Source of the DNA: an uncultured Ruminococcus sp.
Lineage (GTDB): Bacteria > Bacillota > Clostridia > Oscillospirales > CAG-272
Assembly: GCA_964434325.1 (NCBI GenBank)
Contig: CAYSUO010000001.1
Location: 16,513 to 80,512, forward strand
DNA length: 64,000 bases
Direction of reading: 5' to 3'
Shown here: positions 1 through 8,645 of the stretch, piece after piece
Numbering within the stretch: position 1 is the stretch's first letter
Layout of the letters: every line of letters starts with the position of its first letter
Translations under genes and position numbers: made by a program
Notes under the pieces: generated by a model
Database searches by the model: none
What the model was told of the DNA's origin: nothing
Seen by the model: the letters and a program-made list of their open reading frames with translations, nothing else

Positions 1-1
1 G

Positions 2-484
2 CTATTCGGCGGCGCGCTTCTAACAGCCAAGGAAATGCTTCTCAAAGCAAAAAGCTATTCGAGCAAAACCGCTTTGAGTACGGACCATATCGAAAGCCTA
101 CTGCCCATGTATTTGGCGATAGCGCAAAACGTCCAATCGCCGTTGCTCGAATTTGACCCCGAGGAATACGAGCACGGCTTGAACAAAGCCTTCGATATCG
201 AATTTTACAGATATGTGTCGCTCGATACCGAATATGAGTATACGAACGAATTGCTTCAAGAGCATATCGCCGCAAAAAAGCTTCTGAGGCAAAAGAACTA
301 CAAGGCTGCCATCGAAAAGCTGAGCACCGCCGCCGACCGTATATTGAGCGGAAAATACAACGCCTTTATCGTGTTCGGCATTTATACGGATCTTGAAACC
401 TGTTATAGACAACTATGCGATTATGAAAATGCATACAGATACGTCAGCAAAAGACTTTCGCTTCTGGAAGGGTTTAAAAGCTAA
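2..484 (+). CDS. hypothetical helical-repeat (TPR-like) protein, C-terminal part; ORF open to window edge
   Basis: ORF track 35..484. The frame stays open back to nt 2, so the 5' end is probably outside the window. Only a generic helical-repeat pattern is recognisable. Confidence 0.4.
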   Translation, partial: LFGGALLTAKEMLLKAKSYSSKTALSTDHIESLLPMYLAIAQNVQSPLLEFDPEEYEHGLNKAFDIEFYRYVSLDTEYEYTNELLQEHIAAKKLLRQKNYKAAIEKLSTAADRILSGKYNAFIVFGIYTDLETCYRQLCDYENAYRYVSKRLSLLEGFKS

Positions 485-1710
485 TGCTTTTCGCCCTCAT
501 CTTTATGCTTCAGCTTATATATACCTATGTCACTATCAATTATAGCACCGCTTATTATAGCCTCACCGCCGTATTTCTGCCTGATTTTATCGACGGCATT
601 TTCGCGTTTTAATATTTTTTCTCGTTGCTTCTCTTCTTTTGTATCAAACATATCCAGCTGAACTGCCGCTTCCTTAGTGAGATTTGATACGGAGACGGTC
701 AGCATCCTGACAGCTCTTCCCTCCTCCCATTCATCAAGCAATATCGAATACGCCGTATCGGCTATCTCGCGGCTTATATCGCTTATCGGAGACTGTCTGC
801 GACGGCGCTGTATCGCGTGAAAGCTTTCATCCTTGATGGTGAGGCACACGGTGCCGCATTTCATACCCGAATTTCTTAATTTTGCGCCAAGCTCCTCGGA
901 AAGATACTCTATTCCGAGCTTGCACTCGGCGCGAGTTAACAAATCATGCCGAAACGTTAAGCCGTTGCTTATGCTTTGCGCGTCCTTTATCTCGGGCTCG
1001 ACGGGGCTCTCATCCAACCCGTTGGCATAGCTATACAACAGATCTCCCAGCTTACCAAGGCGCTGATTTAAAGTGGCACGGCTTATTTCGGAAAGCGCTC
1101 CAATAGTCCGCACGCCGAGAGCGGACAAGGCTTTTTCGGTTTTTTTGCCGACAAAAAGCAAGGATGAAACAGGAAGCGGATAGGCTATCTCTTTAAAATT
1201 ACTTCTGTCTATCACAGTGATGGCATCGGGCTTTTTATAGTCGCTTCCGAGCTTGGCAAATGGCTTATTGAAGGAAACCCCTATCGAGACTGTCAAGCCC
1301 GTTTCTTTTTTTACGGCGCTTCGTATCTCCTCGGCAATATCCACGCCGCTTCCAAATATCTTTTGGCTCGCCGTAATGTCGAGCCAGCTTTCGTCAATAC
1401 CGAAGGGCTCTATAATATCGGTATAGCGCGCATATATTTCATTGACGCGCTTTGAAAACCTGACGTATTCTCCATAATGCGGAGCCGCAATTACAAGTGT
1501 GGGGCATTTTCGTTTAGCTGACGCGACCGTCTCCGCAGTTACAACGCCGTATTTTTTTGCGAGCTCATTTTTTGCAAGAACGATACCGTGGCGATCGGCT
1601 TCACTGCCGCAAACCGCCATGGGAACGTCGCGATAGCTCGGATTTAAAACCGTTTCTACCGAAGCGAAAAAGCTGTTGCAGTCGCAATGTAAAATTACTC
1701 TATCTTGCAT
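481..1710 (-). CDS. dinB: DNA polymerase IV (Y-family translesion polymerase)
   Basis: Canonical N-terminus MQDRVILHCDCNSFFASVE and a Y-family palm/fingers pattern. Start trimmed from the 1830 ORF call to ATG 1710. Confidence 0.9.
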   Translation of the reverse strand: MQDRVILHCDCNSFFASVETVLNPSYRDVPMAVCGSEADRHGIVLAKNELAKKYGVVTAETVASAKRKCPTLVIAAPHYGEYVRFSKRVNEIYARYTDIIEPFGIDESWLDITASQKIFGSGVDIAEEIRSAVKKETGLTVSIGVSFNKPFAKLGSDYKKPDAITVIDRSNFKEIAYPLPVSSLLFVGKKTEKALSALGVRTIGALSEISRATLNQRLGKLGDLLYSYANGLDESPVEPEIKDAQSISNGLTFRHDLLTRAECKLGIEYLSEELGAKLRNSGMKCGTVCLTIKDESFHAIQRRRRQSPISDISREIADTAYSILLDEWEEGRAVRMLTVSVSNLTKEAAVQLDMFDTKEEKQREKILKRENAVDKIRQKYGGEAIISGAIIDSDIGIYKLKHKDEGEKH

Positions 1711-1729
1711 ATTTCTTATTCGGCGTATA

Positions 1730-3217
1730 TTAAACGCCTTTTTTCTTCGTATTTTCTCCTTCTTTAAGGGTAAAGACAAACTCGGTGCCGTTTTCGTGTG
1801 AAACAACGCGTATATCTTCGCCGTGTGCATCGATTATGGTCTTGCATATATACAGGCCGAGTCCAACGCCCGTTTTATCAAGTCCGCGGCTCTTATCGGT
1901 CTTGTAGAATCTATCGAATATCATACCTAAATCTTCGCGAGAAATTGTTTCGCCTTCGTCAAAAACCGAAACGGCGAGCTTTTTATTTTCGGCGCGAGCG
2001 AGCCCGATAACGAACTTACCGCTCGTGCGCGAGAATTTGATGGCGTTGTGGCAAAGATTATAAAGCACTTGATAGATTGCATCCTTATCCGCATACGCAT
2101 ACATTTCATCGTTTTCTGAATTAAACTCCACGTCGAGCTTTTTATCATCGATTTTTTGCTCGAAGGATATCAGAATTATGCGTGCCATCTCTGCAACGTC
2201 AAAATTCGTGAAATTGAATTTTCTATCGCCCGATTCGAGCCTTGAAACGTCGAGAAGCTGCGAGACGAGGCGCGAAAGGCGATGCACCTCGGCTGAAATA
2301 ACACCGAGATAGTATTCGTGTTTATCGGGCGGGATAGCCCCCGACGTAATTCCATCGATAAAGCCCGCTATCGTCGTCATCGGAGTTCTTAAATCGTGGG
2401 AAACGCTTGCGAGGAAGGAGCTTCGCATCTTATCGGCTTTATCCAAGGATTCCGCCATATTGTTAAACGCTTTGCCGAGCTCCGCCACCTCATCGTCACC
2501 ATTGACGGTTACGCGGGTCTTGAAATCTCCTTTTGCAAACATTTTGGCGGCGCTCGTCATATTTCTTAACGGATGAATGATACGCTCCGTTATGAAATAG
2601 ACGGCGATAACAGCCGCCAGCATAACCCAGGCGGAGCTAGTTAAAACCGCGCGATGCGTCGTGCTTATCAGCGTTTCATCATTGGACGTCGCCTCGAAGC
2701 TCAAAACGTAGCCGCGCACCTCGCCGAGCGTAACGATATCGTAGGCGCAGATGAGCGTCGGCGTTTTCAATTTGCCGTTCAGCGTGCCGCGTTGGTAGAG
2801 ATAGCTATCTCCATCCTCACCGCTTTTTTGGCTGAAGGTTTTCATTTCGATGCGTCCGAGCTCACCGCCAATCAAGGGAGCGCGAAACGGCTCATTTTCC
2901 GTGCCGACGGTTGTCAGCAATATTTTCCCGTTGTCGTCAACTATGATTATATTGAGCGTTTTATCTCGATTTATCAAGGGATCAATAAAAAGCGAAACTA
3001 TGCCCGAGGAAATATACGTATCCAAATTCAAAAGATTTGAATTTCTCTTCACTATCGAATTTGAAATAACGTAGCTCGTGGCGGCAAGCTCCTCCTCTTT
3101 TTCTTCCGTAACGTACGTCCTTATCATCGTCGTTATTATACCCGAAAGCATCATAAAGCTTATGAGGATGATAACTATAAAAGCCGTTAGATACTTTGAA
3201 AAGGCACTTTTAAACAT
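1730..3217 (-). CDS. sensor histidine kinase (2 TM, extracytoplasmic loop, HAMP, HisKA, HATPase)
   Basis: H-box SHDLRTPMT, N-box HNAIKF, G-box GVGLGL. Start set to ATG 3217, with GAGG 8 nt upstream. No response regulator gene is adjacent. Confidence 0.85.
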   Translation of the reverse strand: MFKSAFSKYLTAFIVIILISFMMLSGIITTMIRTYVTEEKEEELAATSYVISNSIVKRNSNLLNLDTYISSGIVSLFIDPLINRDKTLNIIIVDDNGKILLTTVGTENEPFRAPLIGGELGRIEMKTFSQKSGEDGDSYLYQRGTLNGKLKTPTLICAYDIVTLGEVRGYVLSFEATSNDETLISTTHRAVLTSSAWVMLAAVIAVYFITERIIHPLRNMTSAAKMFAKGDFKTRVTVNGDDEVAELGKAFNNMAESLDKADKMRSSFLASVSHDLRTPMTTIAGFIDGITSGAIPPDKHEYYLGVISAEVHRLSRLVSQLLDVSRLESGDRKFNFTNFDVAEMARIILISFEQKIDDKKLDVEFNSENDEMYAYADKDAIYQVLYNLCHNAIKFSRTSGKFVIGLARAENKKLAVSVFDEGETISREDLGMIFDRFYKTDKSRGLDKTGVGLGLYICKTIIDAHGEDIRVVSHENGTEFVFTLKEGENTKKKGV

Positions 3218-3257
3218 CTGAAAAACCTCGCTCTGCATTATATAATTATTACATCAG

Positions 3258-3428
3258 GAAGCAAAAATGCTTGCTTGCAAGAGCATTTTTGCGGCGCCGT
3301 CAAGAAGCGCGGGTGCGAGATAGCGCACAGGGCGAAGCCAAAAAGGCTTGCTTGCAAGACTTTCCGCGTGTATTATACCAGAAAGCAAAAATGTGTGCTC
3401 GCACGGACATTATTGCGACGCCGTCAAT
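3258..3428 (+). repeat. three diverged copies of an RAAGC(C)AAAAA(T/G)G-hairpin element, followed by further GC-rich hairpins to 3504
   Basis: Copies begin at 3258, 3334 and 3381. There is an 11-bp perfect stem (3261-3271/3282-3292). GCTTGCTTGCAAGA occurs twice. The shared tail is TGCG[GA]CGCCGTCAA. Confidence 0.55.
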
Positions 3429-3561
3429 ATACGTGGCGCACGAATGTGCGCAAAGTGCGGCACAGCCGCACTAAGATTTGCCGCGCCATTCGGCACGCAA
3501 ATCTGTTTACGTATATTATAACTTATTTACTTTTATAAGTCAAACATTTTTTCAAATTCGA

Positions 3562-3590
3562 TTGACTAAACATAAACTTTGTGCTACAAT
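3562..3590 (+). promoter_or_regulatory. sigma-A-type promoter for gltX (TTGACT-17-TACAAT with TGn)
   Basis: TTGACT 3562-3567, 17-nt spacer, TGC-TACAAT 3582-3590, about 30 nt upstream of the gltX ATG. Confidence 0.6.
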
Positions 3591-3621
3591 ATTAGCGACA
3601 ATAAAATTTGGCGAGGTATAT

Positions 3622-5067
3622 ATGATAAAAACAAGATTTGCTCCGAGCCCGACGGGATATATGCATATCGGGAATTTAAGAACGGCACTGTACTCGTTTT
3701 TGATAGCAAAGCACGATGAAGGCAAATTTGTCCTTCGCATTGAGGATACGGATCGCGAGCGCTTTGTCGAAGGGGCGACAGACGTTATAAAATCCACGAT
3801 GAAGATAACGGGGCTCACTTACGACGAGGGGCCCGACGTCGGCGGTGATGCAGGTCCCTACGTGCAAAGCGAAAGGAAAGAGATCTATCTCGAATATGCA
3901 AAAAAGCTCGTGGACATCGGGGCGGCGTACTATTGCTTCTGCACTAAGGAAAGGCTTGAAAAGTTGCATGCGGACGATGTCAACGGCGGCTATGACAGGC
4001 ATTGCCGCAATCTTTCCGCCGATGAAGTACAAAAGAATTTAGATGCGGGAATGCCCTACGTTATTCGGCAAAAAATGCCTCTAACGGGTATCACCTCATA
4101 CAAGGATGAGGTTTTCGGAGAGATATCGACGAATAATGAGGAATTGCAGGACCAAATCCTCATTAAGGCGGACGGCTACCCGACGTATAATTTTTGCCAC
4201 GTCATCGACGATCATCTTATGGGAATAACGCACGTGGTGCGCGGCTCCGAATATCTCACCTCGACCCCCAAGTACGTTCTCCTTTACGATGCCTTCGGTT
4301 GGGAGCGCCCCGTCTACGTCCATCTTCCGCTTATGATGGGCAAGAACGCCGACGGTAGCGTTTCCAAGCTTTCAAAGAGGCACGGAGCCGTTTCCTTCCA
4401 AGACCTTTTGCTGGACGGCTATTTGCCCGAAGCAATAATAAACTATATCGCCCTGCTTGGCTGGTGCCCCAAAGAGAGCGAAAAAGAATTTTTCACTCTT
4501 GATGAATTGGAGCAAGCCTTTACGATAGACGGAATTTCAAAGTCTCCCGCCGTTTTCGATTTTGATAAGCTTCTCTGGTTTAACGGTGAGTATATACACA
4601 AGCTTGGCGACGATGAATTTAAACGCCTTGTTTCCCCCTTCATCAAGCTCGACGTTCCGCCATCGGTCAACGTCGAAAGGATGCTCGCGCTCTTGAAAAC
4701 GCGAATTTCAAAGCTATCGGAAATCAACGAAAAAATGGCGTTTTTCGTAAACCTTCCAAGCTACGACAAGGAGCTCTTCCTCAATAAAAAGAATAAAATT
4801 TCGGATTACGAGACACCGAAAAAGGTTTTGACGGAAGCAAAAGAAATCCTCGCGGGGCTTTCCGCGTGTGATAATGATACCTTGTTCGCAGCACTTGGTA
4901 CGCTCACAGAAAAGCTTTCTATGAAAACTGGCGCCATTATGTGGTGCATACGCATTGCCGTTTCAGGTCTTTCGGCTACGCCTGGCGGCGCAACGGAGAT
5001 CATCGAGGTCATAGGCAAAGAAGAGGCTCTTTCAAGAATAGAAGCCGCGATAGAAAAATTACAATAA
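3622..5067 (+). CDS. gltX: glutamate--tRNA ligase
   Basis: Class I aaRS motifs HIGN (HIGH) and KLSKR (KMSKS). Start trimmed to ATG 3622 (MIKTRFAPSPTGYMHIGN). Confidence 0.95.
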   Translation: MIKTRFAPSPTGYMHIGNLRTALYSFLIAKHDEGKFVLRIEDTDRERFVEGATDVIKSTMKITGLTYDEGPDVGGDAGPYVQSERKEIYLEYAKKLVDIGAAYYCFCTKERLEKLHADDVNGGYDRHCRNLSADEVQKNLDAGMPYVIRQKMPLTGITSYKDEVFGEISTNNEELQDQILIKADGYPTYNFCHVIDDHLMGITHVVRGSEYLTSTPKYVLLYDAFGWERPVYVHLPLMMGKNADGSVSKLSKRHGAVSFQDLLLDGYLPEAIINYIALLGWCPKESEKEFFTLDELEQAFTIDGISKSPAVFDFDKLLWFNGEYIHKLGDDEFKRLVSPFIKLDVPPSVNVERMLALLKTRISKLSEINEKMAFFVNLPSYDKELFLNKKNKISDYETPKKVLTEAKEILAGLSACDNDTLFAALGTLTEKLSMKTGAIMWCIRIAVSGLSATPGGATEIIEVIGKEEALSRIEAAIEKLQ

Positions 5068-5108
5068 CTTTCCCTGCTCTATTTGTTCAAGCCTCAGCTA
5101 AAACAACT

Positions 5109-5157
5109 AAGCTCCCGAGCTCAAACGGAAACGTAGCTCTCGGGAGCTTTTATGTTT
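5109..5157 (+). terminator. intrinsic terminator after gltX (possibly bidirectional with the AraC gene)
   Basis: 11-bp perfect stem AAGCTCCCGAG/CTCGGGAGCTT (5109-5119/5138-5148), followed by TTATGTTTG. Confidence 0.7.
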
Positions 5158-5183
5158 GTGGCAAAGCTTAGATACCGATAATT

Positions 5184-5993
5184 TCAGTTCATTCCATTCA
5201 ATTTACGGTACTCACTTGGCGGTACACCGAAAAAGCTTTTAAAGGCTCGCGAAAAAACAAAAACGTCTGAATACCCGACGGAGCTCGCTACAATGCTTAC
5301 GGTATATCGATTGCTCAAAAGCATTTCAGCCGCCCTTTTCATACGAAGCTCTGTCAGATATGAATGAGGGGAACGCTTCAAAATGCGATTAAAAAGCGTG
5401 GAAAAATACGAGCGATCAAGATGCAGACGTGCGGCAACGTCGGCAACGGTTAAAGGATTTTGAAATTCAGCCTCCATGATATTCAGGGCTTGCTTTATAT
5501 AGAGCTCGGATGATGTGCCAGAAAAGCGTTCTCGCCTTTGAACTCTTCCAATAAGCTCCCAGATCTTAGAGCACAAAAAAGCTTCGTAGCCTTCGCTGTG
5601 AGCATCGTCATCATCGAACTCGATCGCGGCTTTGAAAATATCCGCCGCGTAGGGCACGTAGGCACTATCGTGCGAAGATATTAGAAAAGGCAGTTTTATT
5701 TTTGAAGAAAAACCCAGCCAAATATATTCCCAGGGCTCGGCTTTATCCGCTTCATAATACGTTATTTCATACGGCCGTATAATAAACATATCATTGCTCG
5801 ACAGACGATAGCTACCGCGCGCGGTTTTAAAAACGCCATTGCCGCAAACAACAAAATGCAAAAGCCAATAGCTTCTGACGGCGGGACCGAACGAATGCAA
5901 CGGCTTGCATATTTCACTTCCGCATTCGCGAGGATTGATATCGTTATAGCCGCGATCGATAACGATTTTATGTATAACGTTATTTCTTTTCAT
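5184..5993 (-). CDS. AraC family transcriptional regulator (cupin-like N-terminus, HTH C-terminus)
   Basis: C-terminal double-HTH AraC pattern. Divergent from the GH4 glycosidase gene. Confidence 0.85.
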   Translation of the reverse strand: MKRNNVIHKIVIDRGYNDINPRECGSEICKPLHSFGPAVRSYWLLHFVVCGNGVFKTARGSYRLSSNDMFIIRPYEITYYEADKAEPWEYIWLGFSSKIKLPFLISSHDSAYVPYAADIFKAAIEFDDDDAHSEGYEAFLCSKIWELIGRVQRRERFSGTSSELYIKQALNIMEAEFQNPLTVADVAARLHLDRSYFSTLFNRILKRSPHSYLTELRMKRAAEMLLSNRYTVSIVASSVGYSDVFVFSRAFKSFFGVPPSEYRKLNGMN

Positions 5994-6035
5994 TTTTCCG
6001 TACCTGTTGAAGTTTTGGTTAAATTTCTTGATAAA

Positions 6036-6055
6036 TTACGCGCATTTACGCGCAT
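6036..6055. promoter_or_regulatory. perfect tandem direct repeat TTACGCGCAT x2, candidate AraC-family operator
   Basis: Seen in the AraC/melA divergent intergenic region, 43 bp upstream of the AraC start codon. Confidence 0.35.
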
Positions 6056-6256
6056 TAAATATTTGTCGCAAGAGGCATTTTACGCTTGCAAATCAGAGGC
6101 GCATACCTTGACAAAGCTACGAGTATTAGCACACACATATTATAGCATAAATAAAAACATTTTGCAATGGAAAATCATCATAATATATTGTATAATCAAA
6201 TTAACGCGGCGAATGGATTGAATTTGCCGCAATTTAATGTGATAATGGAGAAGAAG

Positions 6257-7579
6257 ATGAAAATTACATTTATGGGAGCGGGCAGCTTCGTTTTTGCAAA
6301 AAACGTACTTGGCGATTGCATGTTAACTCCGTCACTCTCGGAGTCGGAGATAGCGCTTTACGACATAGACGGTGAGCGCTTGGAACAGGCTTACATAATG
6401 GTTACGGCGCTGAATAAGAACGTTAATGCTGGAAAAGCTCATATAACTAAGCACCTCGGCATAGAAAACAGAAAGGCGGCTTTGAAAAATGCCGACTTTG
6501 TCGTTGACGCTATTCAGGTTGGACTTTATGAGCCAGCAACCGTTACGGATTTCGAGGTCCCGAAAAAATACGGTTTAAGACAAACGATAGGAGACACGCT
6601 CGGAATAGGCGGCATCTTCCGTGCTCTTCGCACCATTCCCGTTCTTGAAGATTTTGCGCGCGATATGGAAGAGGTATGCCCCAACGCATATTTTCTCAAT
6701 TATACCAACCCAATGACGATGCTTTCGGGTTATATGCAGAGATATACCAACGTCAAGACAATAGGACTTTGCCACAGCGTTCAGGTCTGCTCCGATAATC
6801 TACTCGCCGCACTTGGAATAGAAGCCAAGCGCCCCTTGAAGGAAAAAATTGCGGGAATAAACCACATGGCGTGGCTGCTCGAGCTCGAAGATGCCGACGG
6901 CAACGATCTCTATCCCGAAATAAAAAAGCGCGTCCTTGAAGAATTGAGCAAGATACCTAATAGCACATCGACAGATCTTGTTCGCTACGAATACGTGAGA
7001 AGGCTGGGCTATTACTGCACGGAATCCAGCGAGCATAACGCCGAATATAATAATCTTTTTATAAAATCAAAATATCCCGAACTGATAAAAAATTACAATA
7101 TTCCACTCGATGAATATCCGCGGCGTTGCGTTGCTCATAACGCACAATGGAAAAAAGATATGGAAAACTATATCAGCGGAAATGTTACGCACAAAAGGAC
7201 GGTAGAGTACGCATCGTATATTATGGATGCGATAGTTACCGACGTTCCCTATAAGATAGGCGGCAACGTCATAAACAACGGCCTCATTGAAAATCTGCCG
7301 CGCGAAGCATGCGTCGAAGTTCCCTGCCTCGTTAATCGCCTCGGAATACAACCAACGTACGTCGGCAAGCTACCGTTACAATGTGCCGCTATGAATATGA
7401 CCAATATCAACGTTCAGCTTTTAACTATTGAAGCGGCGGTCACAAAAAAGAAAGAAGCGATATATCAGGCGGCAATGCTCGATCCACATACCTCGTCGGA
7501 GCTTTCGATAGACGAAATAGTTCATTTGTGCGACGATCTAATCGAAGCTCACGGAAGCTATCTACCCAAGTACCACTAA
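6257..7579 (+). CDS. melA: GH4 family alpha-galactosidase/alpha-glucosidase (NAD-dependent)
   Basis: N-terminal Rossmann MKITFMGAGS and the GLCHS motif. Start set to ATG 6257, with GGAG 6 nt upstream. ATG 6245 is also possible. Confidence 0.8.
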   Translation: MKITFMGAGSFVFAKNVLGDCMLTPSLSESEIALYDIDGERLEQAYIMVTALNKNVNAGKAHITKHLGIENRKAALKNADFVVDAIQVGLYEPATVTDFEVPKKYGLRQTIGDTLGIGGIFRALRTIPVLEDFARDMEEVCPNAYFLNYTNPMTMLSGYMQRYTNVKTIGLCHSVQVCSDNLLAALGIEAKRPLKEKIAGINHMAWLLELEDADGNDLYPEIKKRVLEELSKIPNSTSTDLVRYEYVRRLGYYCTESSEHNAEYNNLFIKSKYPELIKNYNIPLDEYPRRCVAHNAQWKKDMENYISGNVTHKRTVEYASYIMDAIVTDVPYKIGGNVINNGLIENLPREACVEVPCLVNRLGIQPTYVGKLPLQCAAMNMTNINVQLLTIEAAVTKKKEAIYQAAMLDPHTSSELSIDEIVHLCDDLIEAHGSYLPKYH

Positions 7580-7587
7580 ATATTTTG

Positions 7588-7618
7588 AGAGCCGCAAATA
7601 ATGCGGCTCTTGTTTTTA
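7588..7618 (+). terminator. intrinsic terminator after melA
   Basis: Stem AGAGCCGCA/TGCGGCTCT followed by TGTTTTT. Confidence 0.75.
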
Positions 7619-7787
7619 ATCCAGCTCTCGTTTTTAATCCAAGAGAATGCGCAAAAAGAATGGCTTAAAGCTATTGTAAATCTACGCAACTTGTGCTATA
7701 ATAGATGAGAAATACAGCTTGCAACGTGGGCGGCAAAAGCCCCGCCCGCCAGCAGACGTTTAAAATTCACATTCGGAGCGGATAAAT

Positions 7788-8645
7788 ATGACGACCGATA
7801 TTTCGCAACGCATAAGAGCCTCTTATTCCGAACTTTCAAAGGGGCAAAAAAAGATCGCCGATGCGATACTGAACAACTACGATAAGATAGCTTATATGAC
7901 GGCGTCCAAGCTTGGCTCTACCGTCGGAGTCTCTGAATCTACCGTTGTTCGCTTCGCAAATGAGCTCGGCTTCGTCGGATACGCTGATTTTCAACGTTCG
8001 ATACAGGAGCTTGTCAGGATAAAGCTGACACCGAATCAGAGAATAGAGGTTACAAAACAGCGAATAGGGCGCGGCGATATTCTTGAAACCGTGATGGAAT
8101 CAGATATGAGCAAGCTGAGATACAGCTTGGAGCGTATAAACAGAAACGATTTTTATAAATCCGTTGATGCAATACTTGCGGCGAAAAGCATCTACATAAT
8201 GGGGGCGCGGAGCGCGGAAGCGCTCGCAATGGTGCTCCAATATAATCTATCGCTCATTTTTGACAACGTGAAATTCATCAAGCCGACCTCGACGGCAGAA
8301 GTGCTTGAACAAATGCTTTCGATAGGAAGCGACGACGTTATAGTCGCCTTTTCATTCCCGAGATATTCGTCGAAAATAGTTAATGCCGTTAAATATGCCA
8401 AGCAGAATCACGCAACGGTCATAGTTTTTACGGATTCGGAGATCTCTCCGCTCGCCGAGCACGCAAGCTACTTACTTACGGCGCAATCGGATATGGCTTC
8501 GTTTATGGATTCGCTCGTTGCACCGATAAGCATTATAAATGCTATCGTTGTCGAAATAACGGCGCGCAGAGAGAAGGACATTACCGAGCGATTTGATCGC
8601 CTTGAAAAAGTTTGGGATGAATACGAGGTCTACACAAAGCGATAA
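7788..8645 (+). CDS. MurR/RpiR family transcriptional regulator (HTH + SIS domain)
   Basis: N-terminal HTH_6-like segment and a C-terminal SIS sugar-isomerase-like fold pattern. Confidence 0.85.
   Translation: MTTDISQRIRASYSELSKGQKKIADAILNNYDKIAYMTASKLGSTVGVSESTVVRFANELGFVGYADFQRSIQELVRIKLTPNQRIEVTKQRIGRGDILETVMESDMSKLRYSLERINRNDFYKSVDAILAAKSIYIMGARSAEALAMVLQYNLSLIFDNVKFIKPTSTAEVLEQMLSIGSDDVIVAFSFPRYSSKIVNAVKYAKQNHATVIVFTDSEISPLAEHASYLLTAQSDMASFMDSLVAPISIINAIVVEITARREKDITERFDRLEKVWDEYEVYTKR

Noticed and set aside
1711-1800. LexA (Cheo-box GAAC-N4-GTTC) site upstream of dinB; also checked in the ruvC/DUF951 spacer 27867-28114
   Set aside because: No GAAC-N4-GTTC match seen in either region.
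1711-1830. N-terminal extensions in the ORF track (dinB, and likewise ecfT 24657-24740, ecfA2 25514-25606, ecfA1 26406-26510, rpe 33802-33942, mraZ 35629-35724, rsmH 36041-36163, ftsW, murG, ftsZ, gltX, ruvB, recD2)
   Set aside because: Each extension overlaps the upstream gene or intergenic DNA, lacks an RBS, and precedes an internal start with a good SD and the canonical family N-terminus. Starts were trimmed accordingly.
3271-3538. 67-aa and 87-aa ORFs in the HK/gltX spacer
   Set aside because: Arg/Ala-rich composition produced by GC-rich palindromes, alternative start codons and no RBS. The region is better explained as structured repeats and is reported as a finding instead.
3239-3621. 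T-box leader upstream of gltX
   Set aside because: No T-box consensus (GGTGGTACCGCG-like) or specifier/AG-bulge features could be found. The best gltX promoter lies downstream of the structured region.
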